DNA of 64,000 nucleotides from Candidatus Binatia bacterium. Its GTDB lineage: Bacteria; Desulfobacterota; Binatia; DP-6. The position numbers and the translations under genes were made by a program. Every line of letters begins with the position of its first letter. Within the stretch, counting starts at the first letter, position 1. The notes beneath the pieces are model-generated. The model saw nothing but the letters and a program-made list of their open reading frames with translations, was not told where the DNA came from and ran no database searches. The DNA lies in assembly GCA_041496545.1 (NCBI GenBank), contig JBGQET010000007.1, positions 5,424 through 69,423 on the forward strand. The letters run 5' to 3'. Shown here piece by piece: positions 57,670 to 64,000 of this stretch.

Positions 57670-58530
57670 TCAACCGCCAAGCGTCGCCGCGACGTGCGCC
57701 GCGTAGCGCGCCTGGAGGAGCCGCGTGACCGCGCCCGGGCGGCCGGCGGCGAGCGGGTGCCCGTCGAGCCGGACGACGGGGAGAATCTCGACCGTCGACG
57801 CGGTGAGGAACGCCTCGGCGGCGGCGCGGAGCCGCGCCGGCGTCACGGGCTCCTCGCGCACCGCGAGGCCGGCGCGCCGGGCGAGCCGGATGACGAGCGC
57901 GCGCGTCACGCCCGGCAAGAGGCCGGCGGAGAGCGGCGGGGTCACCAGCGCGCCGCGCTCGAGGAGGAAGAGGTTCGTCGTCGTCCCCTCCGTGACCTCG
58001 CGGGCCGCGTTCACGTAGAGGCCCTCGTCGGCACGCCGGCGCGCGATCACGAGCCGCCCGACGACGGCGCTCGCGTTGCCGATGAGCTTCATGCCGGCCC
58101 ACGGCGGCGCCACCTCGCGCGGGAACGGCAGCAGCACGACGGCGACGCCGTCGCGCTGCCGCCGCGCCAGGTCGGGCGGCAGGCGCCGGACGGTCAGGAG
58201 GCGCGTCGGCGAGACGCGGCGCGTGGGGTAGAGCGCGTCGCCGGCGGCGCCGCGCGTGACGGTCAGCCGAACCGCCGCGTCGGCGAGGGCGTTGCGCGAG
58301 ACGAGGAGACGCGTCGCACGCTCCCAGCGCGCGGGCGGCCCGGGCGGCGGGAGGCGGAGCGCGCGCGCCGCGGCCGCCATGCGGCGGAGGTGCGCCGCCA
58401 CCGCGAACGGGCGCCCGCCGTAGGTGCGCCACGTCTCGTAGACGCCGTCACCGTGGAGGAGTCCCCGGTCGAGCGCGGAGACGCGGGCGGCGGCGGCGGG
58501 AACGAGCCGCCCGTTCAGCCAGACGAGCAC
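57670..58530 (-). CDS. pabC: Aminotransferase class IV (aminodeoxychorismate lyase-like)
   Basis: It has the fold-type IV PLP enzyme sequence. The GTG start overlaps the pabB 3' end. Confidence 0.7.
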   Translation of the reverse strand: MLVWLNGRLVPAAAARVSALDRGLLHGDGVYETWRTYGGRPFAVAAHLRRMAAAARALRLPPPGPPARWERATRLLVSRNALADAAVRLTVTRGAAGDALYPTRRVSPTRLLTVRRLPPDLARRQRDGVAVVLLPFPREVAPPWAGMKLIGNASAVVGRLVIARRRADEGLYVNAAREVTEGTTTNLFLLERGALVTPPLSAGLLPGVTRALVIRLARRAGLAVREEPVTPARLRAAAEAFLTASTVEILPVVRLDGHPLAAGRPGAVTRLLQARYAAHVAATLGG

Positions 58531-59876
58531 CGCTCGAGCAACGGCGCGTCGGCGCCGAGGGCGAGGCGGAGAGCCGCCGTCTTGAGCCACGCCTCGTCGA
58601 GCTCGCGCTCGGGATCGGAGTCGGCGACGACACCGCCGCCGGCGTGCCACGCCAGCACGCCGCCCTGCACGACCGCGGTGCGGATCGCGAGCCCGAGCTC
58701 GAGGTCGCCCCCCGGGTGAAGCAGCCCGAAGGCGCCGGTGTACGCCCCGCGCGGCGCGGCCTCCAGCTCCGCGATGATCTGCATGGCGCGGATCTTGGGC
58801 GCGCCGGTGATCGAGCCGCCCGGGAAGGTGGCGCCGAGGAGTCGCGCCAGGCCGACGTCGGGCGCGAGCCGCGCCGACACCGTCGAGACGAGATGATGGA
58901 CGCTCGGATGCGTTTCGATCCGTGCGTAGTCTTCCACCGCCACCGACCCGACCTCGGCGACCCGCCCGAGGTCGTTCCGCTCGAGGTCGACGATCATCAC
59001 GTGCTCGGCGCGCTCCTTGGGGTCGTGGGCGAGCTCGGCGGCGAGCGCCGCGTCGGCCGCGGGCGAGGCGCCGCGCGGCCGCGTGCCCTTGATCGGCCGC
59101 GTCTCGACGCGGCGCCCGCGGCGGCGGAGGAACAGCTCGGGCGAGTTGGCGACGAGACGGGCGTCGCCCAGGTCGAGGTAGGCGCCGTACGCCATCGGGT
59201 GACGGCGGGTGAGCGCGGCGTAAAGCGCCCACGCCGGCGCGGCGAGCGGCGCCCGGAAGGGCTGCGTCAGGTTCACCTGGTAGACATCGCCCGCGGCGAG
59301 ATAGGCGAGGATGCGGCGGACGGCGTCGCGGTAGGCGCCCGGCGTTCGCGCCGCGGCGAGCGGCGCGGCGACGAGCGGTCCTTCCCACGCCGGCGCCGGC
59401 GCGGCGAGCCGTTCCAGCCACGGGGCGCGCGCGCTCGCCGGGTCGGCCGAGACGAGGGCGTACTGCCCGCGCGCGCGCTCGTAGACGACGAGCGGGTCGT
59501 AGCGGGCCAGCACGGCGAGCGGCAGCGCGGGCGCGGGGAGCGGGCCCGCGGCGGGCTCGGTCAGGTGGCCGAGCTCGTAGGCGAAGCAGCCGACGACGCC
59601 GCCGGCGAGCGGGAAGGGGAGGGCGGGATCGACGGGTGTTGCGGCGACGAAGCGCTCGATCGCCGCCAGCGGGTCGTCGCGCGGCACGTCGTCGTCGCCC
59701 TCGCACGCCACGCGGCCGTCGGCGAGGACGCGGAGCACGGCGCGCGGCGCGCAGCCGAGCAGCGTGACCGGGTGCGCCGGGTCGGGAACGTCGAGCAGGA
59801 AGGCGCCGCGCTCGCCGGCGAGGCTCGCCAGCACGTCGAGCGGGTCGCGCCGCAGCGCGAGCGGGACGAGCGCCAT
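58515..59876 (-). CDS. pabB: Aminodeoxychorismate / anthranilate synthase component I
   Basis: It has the chorismate-binding domain (…PIKGT.PRG…FPGGSITGAPK…). Confidence 0.8.
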   Translation of the reverse strand: MALVPLALRRDPLDVLASLAGERGAFLLDVPDPAHPVTLLGCAPRAVLRVLADGRVACEGDDDVPRDDPLAAIERFVAATPVDPALPFPLAGGVVGCFAYELGHLTEPAAGPLPAPALPLAVLARYDPLVVYERARGQYALVSADPASARAPWLERLAAPAPAWEGPLVAAPLAAARTPGAYRDAVRRILAYLAAGDVYQVNLTQPFRAPLAAPAWALYAALTRRHPMAYGAYLDLGDARLVANSPELFLRRRGRRVETRPIKGTRPRGASPAADAALAAELAHDPKERAEHVMIVDLERNDLGRVAEVGSVAVEDYARIETHPSVHHLVSTVSARLAPDVGLARLLGATFPGGSITGAPKIRAMQIIAELEAAPRGAYTGAFGLLHPGGDLELGLAIRTAVVQGGVLAWHAGGGVVADSDPERELDEAWLKTAALRLALGADAPLLERCSSG

Positions 59877-59996
59877 CGCGGCGGATCGTAGGGGCCGCTC
59901 GGCGGTGCGTCAAGCCGACTCGCCGTCTCGAACCGGGCCTTGCGTCCCGCCGGGGCACCGTCTAGCGTGCGCGCCGTGAACGCCGCCGTGAGCCTG

Positions 59997-60872
59997 ATGG
60001 AGCGGGTGCTGCCGGCCGTGGTCCACGTCCGTGCAGACATCCCGGAGACGCATCCGTCGTCGCGGCTGCTCGGCACCGAACGCATGGGCTCCGGCGCGGT
60101 GGTTGACGCAGACGGCCTCGTCCTCACCGTGAACTACGTCGTGCTCGGCGCAGAGCAGGTGAAGGTGACGCTGCTCGATCAGCGCGTCTTCGTGGCCGAC
60201 GTCGTGCGGCACGACTTCGTCTCGGGCCTGGCACTGCTCCGCCTCGCCGGGCAGCGCCTCCCCACCATCCCGCTCGCGCGCACCGACGAGCTCGCGCTCG
60301 GCGACGATATCTTCATCGTGGCGAGCGTTGGCGAGGGCGCGGCGCGCGTCTCGAACGGCGCCGTCAGCTACCTGGGACCCTTCGACGCCAACTGGGAGTA
60401 CGTCCTCGAGCGCGGCGTCATGACGACGGCCATGAACCCCGGCCTGGGCGGCGGCCCGCTCTGCGACACGCGCGGCCGCATGGTGGGCGTCGTGTCCCTC
60501 AACCTGAACGAGATCGGGCGTTTCTCGCTCGCCATCCCGGCCGACTACTACCTCGACGCGCGCGACGCCTTCGTCGCCGGCCGGCGCCCCGCCGATGGCA
60601 CGCGGGCCTGGCTCGGCATCTTCTGCTACGCCCTCCAGGAGCGCGTCGTGATCGCCGGCCTGCTGCCCGACGGCCCGGGCGAGCGCGCGGGGCTCAAAGC
60701 GGGCGACGTCATCGTCGCGGTCGACGGGCACGACGTCGCCGACCGGCGTTCGCTCTACCGGCTCCTCTGGACGCACCGGCCCGGCGAGCAGGTCACGCTC
60801 CGCATCGTCCGTGGCAAGGACGAGCGCACCGTCACCGTCGCCTCGGGCGACGCCGAGGAGTTCTTCGCCTAG
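59997..60872 (+). CDS. Trypsin-like serine protease with a C-terminal PDZ domain (HtrA-like, no signal peptide)
   Basis: It has the His, Asp and Ser regions (GSGAVVD…LTVNYV; GLGGGPL) and a PDZ domain (GLKAGDVIVAVDG). Confidence 0.75.
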   Translation: MERVLPAVVHVRADIPETHPSSRLLGTERMGSGAVVDADGLVLTVNYVVLGAEQVKVTLLDQRVFVADVVRHDFVSGLALLRLAGQRLPTIPLARTDELALGDDIFIVASVGEGAARVSNGAVSYLGPFDANWEYVLERGVMTTAMNPGLGGGPLCDTRGRMVGVVSLNLNEIGRFSLAIPADYYLDARDAFVAGRRPADGTRAWLGIFCYALQERVVIAGLLPDGPGERAGLKAGDVIVAVDGHDVADRRSLYRLLWTHRPGEQVTLRIVRGKDERTVTVASGDAEEFFA

Positions 60873-60892
60873 GCCCCGGGGTGCGCGCCACC

Positions 60893-62548
60893 ATGCCCCT
60901 CGGCGACTTCCTGGTCGCCTACCTCCGGAAGATCGGCGTCACCCATCTCTTCGGCATCCCGGGCGACCTGGTGCTTCGGCTCTTCGTCCGCTTCGGGCGC
61001 CCGCATGGGCTCCAGATCGTGACCCTGTCGCACGAGCCGGGCGTCGGCTTCGCCGCCGACGGCTACGCGCGCGCGACGGGACGGATCGGCGTCGCGTGCG
61101 TGACGTACGGCGCCGGCGGGCACAACATGGTGAACCCGGTCGCGGGCTCGTTCTCCGAGCGCGTGCCCGTGCTGGTGATCAGCGGCGGTCCCGGCGAGGA
61201 GGAGCGGCGGCTCGGCACGCTCATCCACCACCAGGCGAAGGAGATCGAGTCTCAGCTCCGCATCTACCAGGAGGTCACCTGCGCGGCTCGCGTGCTCGAC
61301 GACCCCGCGACCGCCGCCGAGGCCGTGCACGACGTCGTCCGCCGCGTGTGGCGCGAGCAGCAGCCCGGCTACCTCGAGATCCACCGCGACATGGTGGAGC
61401 GTCGCATCCCCGTGCCGCCGGCCATCCAGGAGTTCGACGGCGTGCTCCACTTCTCGCGTTCGGACGATCGGAAAGTCACCGAGGCGGTGCGCGACACCGC
61501 CGAGCGCTGGAACGCCGCGCGCCGGCCGCTCGTCATGGTCGGCATCGAGACGTGGCGGTTCCGGGTGCAGCGCGAAGTCCGTGCGCTGGCCGAGAAGATG
61601 GGCGCGCCGGTCACGACCAGCGTGCTCGCCAAGGGCGCCTTCCCGATGGACCACCCGCTCTTCATGGGCGTCGACATCGGGCGCATCTCGCCCCCGCCGA
61701 TCCGCCGCCGCGTGCTGCGCGCCGACCTGGTGCTCTCGCTCGGCACGCTGCTCACCGACATGGACCTCGGCGGGCGCCCGCCGCAGATCATCCGCAGCCG
61801 CTCGATCTGGGCCGTCAACAACCGCGTCAACGTCAGCTACCATACCTATACCGACGTCAACATCCGCGACTTCGTCCGCGGGCTCCTGCGCGCGCGCCTC
61901 CGGCGGCACCGGGAGCGCGTCGAGTACGTCGACAACCTCCCACCCGAGCCGGCGCGCGTCGCGCCGCGGCTCCGCGTCACGGACCTGCTGCACGAGGTGA
62001 ACCGCTTCCTCCGCGGGCGGCGCGGCTACGGCGTCGTCGCGGAGTCGGGCGACATGCTGTTCGCCGGCCTCGACGTGAAGGTCGAGCGCGGGGGCGGGTA
62101 TCTCGCGCAGGCCTTCTACGCCTCGATGGGGTTCGGCGTGCCGGGCGCGCTCGGCGCGCAGCTCGGTGCCGGCTTCCGGCCGCTCGTGCTGTGCGGCGAC
62201 GGCGCGTTCCAGATGACGGGTCCCGAGATCGCGCAAGCGCCGCGCTACGGGTTGAACCCCATCGTGGTGGTCGTGAACAACGGCGGCTGGCAGATCTTCC
62301 GTCCCGTGGTCGCGCGCCCCGACCTGCTCGCGGTCCCGAATTGGCCCTACGCCGCGCTCGCGCAGCAGTGGGGCGGGCACGGCTTCGTCGTGTCGCGCGC
62401 CGACGAGCTGCGCGCGGCGCTCGCCGAGGCGGCGCGCGTCCCGTCGTTCGTCGTGATCGAGGCGCGCGTCGCGCCCGACGACCACTCGCCGGTGTCGCGC
62501 AAGTACATCCAGGCCTCCGCGCGCCGCGGCGGCAAGGCGGCCGCGTGA
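60893..62548 (+). CDS. Thiamine-diphosphate-dependent 2-keto-acid decarboxylase (indolepyruvate/pyruvate decarboxylase family)
   Basis: It has the N-terminal Pyr domain (GIPGD…), a central domain and a C-terminal PP domain (GDGAFQMT…NNGG). Confidence 0.85.
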   Translation: MPLGDFLVAYLRKIGVTHLFGIPGDLVLRLFVRFGRPHGLQIVTLSHEPGVGFAADGYARATGRIGVACVTYGAGGHNMVNPVAGSFSERVPVLVISGGPGEEERRLGTLIHHQAKEIESQLRIYQEVTCAARVLDDPATAAEAVHDVVRRVWREQQPGYLEIHRDMVERRIPVPPAIQEFDGVLHFSRSDDRKVTEAVRDTAERWNAARRPLVMVGIETWRFRVQREVRALAEKMGAPVTTSVLAKGAFPMDHPLFMGVDIGRISPPPIRRRVLRADLVLSLGTLLTDMDLGGRPPQIIRSRSIWAVNNRVNVSYHTYTDVNIRDFVRGLLRARLRRHRERVEYVDNLPPEPARVAPRLRVTDLLHEVNRFLRGRRGYGVVAESGDMLFAGLDVKVERGGGYLAQAFYASMGFGVPGALGAQLGAGFRPLVLCGDGAFQMTGPEIAQAPRYGLNPIVVVVNNGGWQIFRPVVARPDLLAVPNWPYAALAQQWGGHGFVVSRADELRAALAEAARVPSFVVIEARVAPDDHSPVSRKYIQASARRGGKAAA

Positions 62549-64000
62549 TCGCCCCGCGGCGCCTCTACGACCCGCTCGTCGCGGGGTTCCGCTGGCAGGT
62601 GCCGGAGGAGTTCAACTTCGGCGCGCTCGTCGACGCCTGGGCGACCGACCGCAGCCGCGTCGCCCTCTACTGGGAGGACGAAGCCGGCCGCGGCGAGCGC
62701 CACACCTTCTGGGACGTGAAGCAGGCCTCCAACCGCGTGATGAACGCGCTCGCCGGCCTCGGCGTTCGCCGCGGCGACCCGGTGCTCGTCATGCTGCCGC
62801 GCGTCCCGGCGTGGCAGGCGGCGGTGATCGGCGGCTTGAAGCTCGGGGCGCTCGTCATCCCGTGCACGGCGTCGCTGCGCGCCAAGGACATCGCGTACCG
62901 CGCCCGCCACAGCGGCGCGCGCGCCATCGTGACGACGGTCGAGCAGGCGTCCGAGGTCGACGCCGCCGAGGCGCCCGATCTGACGGTTCGCCTCGCGCTC
63001 GGCGGCGCGCCCGCCGGCTGGCACGACCTCGACGCGGTCCTCGCCCGCGCCTCGACCGGCGGCGTGCCGGCGCGGACGCGCAGCGACGAGCCCGCGCTCT
63101 GCTTCTACACCTCGGGGACGACCAAGGACCCGAAGGCCGTGCTGCACGCGCACGCCTACACCTTCGCGCACCGCTACACGGGTGAGTACTGGCTCGACCT
63201 CCAGCGGAGCGACCTCCACTGGACGACGTCGGACACCGGCTGGGCGAAGGCCGCGTACGGCGTCCTCTTCGGCCCCTGGATGAACGGCGTGCCGGTCTTC
63301 ATGTACCAGGGCCGCTTCGACCCCGAGCGCGAGCTCGACCTCCTCGAGGAGAAGGAGATCTCGGTCTTCTGCGCGCCGCCGACCGAGTACCGCCTGCTCG
63401 TGAAGCAGGACCTGAAGCGCCGTCGCTTGCCGCGGCTCCGGCACTGCGCGGGCGCGGGCGAGCCGCTCAACCCGGAGGTGATCCACGCCTGGCACGACGC
63501 CTTCGGCCTCCTCGTCCACGACGGCTACGGCCAGACCGAGACCGGGCTCCTGGCCGCCAACCTCCCCGGCCTTCCCATCCGCCCCGGCTCGATGGGGAAG
63601 CCCTTCCCCGGCCACGAGGTGCGCGTGATCGGCGAGGGCGACGCCGAGCTGCCCCCCGACGAGATCGGCGAGCTCGCCGTCCGCGGCCAGCCGCCCACCC
63701 TCTTCAAGGAGTACTGGAAGGACCCCGCGGAGACCGCCGCCCGCCGCCGGGGCGAGTGGTATCTCACCGGCGACCGCGCCCGCCGCGACGCCGACGGCTA
63801 TCTCTGGTTCGTCGGCCGCGCCGACGACCTCATCATCTCCGCCGGCTACCGCATCGGCCCCTTCGAGGTGGAGAGCGCGCTGCTCGAGCACCCGGCGGTG
63901 CTGGAGTCCGCCGTCGTCGCCAGCCCCGATCCGACGCGCGGCGAGGTCGTGAAGGCGTTCGTCGTGCTGCGCACGGGGCACGCGCCCGGCGACGCGCTCG
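62545..64000 (+). CDS. AMP-forming acyl-CoA synthetase; the 3' end lies outside the window
   Basis: It has YTSGTTKDPKAV and GYGQTETG motifs. The GTG start overlaps the upstream stop, and there is no stop before the window end. Confidence 0.8.
   Translation, partial: MIAPRRLYDPLVAGFRWQVPEEFNFGALVDAWATDRSRVALYWEDEAGRGERHTFWDVKQASNRVMNALAGLGVRRGDPVLVMLPRVPAWQAAVIGGLKLGALVIPCTASLRAKDIAYRARHSGARAIVTTVEQASEVDAAEAPDLTVRLALGGAPAGWHDLDAVLARASTGGVPARTRSDEPALCFYTSGTTKDPKAVLHAHAYTFAHRYTGEYWLDLQRSDLHWTTSDTGWAKAAYGVLFGPWMNGVPVFMYQGRFDPERELDLLEEKEISVFCAPPTEYRLLVKQDLKRRRLPRLRHCAGAGEPLNPEVIHAWHDAFGLLVHDGYGQTETGLLAANLPGLPIRPGSMGKPFPGHEVRVIGEGDAELPPDEIGELAVRGQPPTLFKEYWKDPAETAARRRGEWYLTGDRARRDADGYLWFVGRADDLIISAGYRIGPFEVESALLEHPAVLESAVVASPDPTRGEVVKAFVVLRTGHAPGDAL

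Noticed and set aside
57670-59958. A single 762-aa ORF joining pabC to upstream sequence
   Set aside because: The N-terminal 470 aa overlap pabB in another frame and are low-complexity R/A/P. Only the C-terminal class-IV aminotransferase part (57670–58530) is real.
62347-63981. A 544-aa minus-strand ORF
   Set aside because: It is antisense to the acyl-CoA synthetase, which has canonical AMP-binding motifs.
1-64000. CRISPR arrays, IS elements or transposases, integrases, rRNA/tRNA genes
   Set aside because: There are no regularly spaced direct repeats and no DDE or tyrosine-recombinase-like ORFs. No cloverleaf-compatible conserved tRNA motifs were found in the few AT-richer intergenic stretches examined by eye. 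A computational tRNA scan was not possible.

Overview
This is a roughly 70% GC stretch of bacterial chromosome in the Myxococcota/Deltaproteobacteria style. Genes are tightly packed and many overlap by four bases (ATGA/GTGA), and every reading frame carries long spurious ORFs. About 63 features are supported, and housekeeping genes are carried in the feature list only.

**Main content, in order:**
- A 5'-truncated ABC-2 permease, then a divergent cytochrome P450 / class-III nucleotidyl cyclase pair.
- A large copper/metal-handling region from about 4.3 kb to 28.5 kb. It holds a minus-strand operon (secreted protein, degenerate copper-monooxygenase-like protein, cytochrome c, GT39 glycosyltransferase), copC-copD with a CusF-like gene, a Met/His-rich CxxCH outer-membrane protein with a di-heme cytochrome c, a cusCBA-like efflux operon coupled to a P2-type ATPase, and four proteins that carry C-terminal YHS/TRASH metal-binding domains.
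- A lower-GC stretch (about 26.7–31.3 kb) with three truncated gene remnants, a Cys-rich/poly-Thr secreted protein and a porin.
- A sulfate ABC-transporter operon with a strong hairpin-plus-U8 element directly upstream of its start codon.
- Housekeeping and metabolic genes (listed in the features).
- A second locus (49.1–54.4 kb) containing an intact peptidylglycine-α-hydroxylating-monooxygenase (PHM)-like copper monooxygenase homologue, a B12-binding radical SAM enzyme and an Lgt–TPR fusion.

No rRNA, tRNA, CRISPR array or transposase was recognised.

**Best candidates for an undescribed system:**
- The YHS/TRASH domain fused to a nucleotidyl cyclase, a patatin phospholipase and a LOG-family protein, all embedded in the cusCBA–ATPase operon.
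- The bacterial PHM-like copper monooxygenase, with a ligand-degenerate paralogue.
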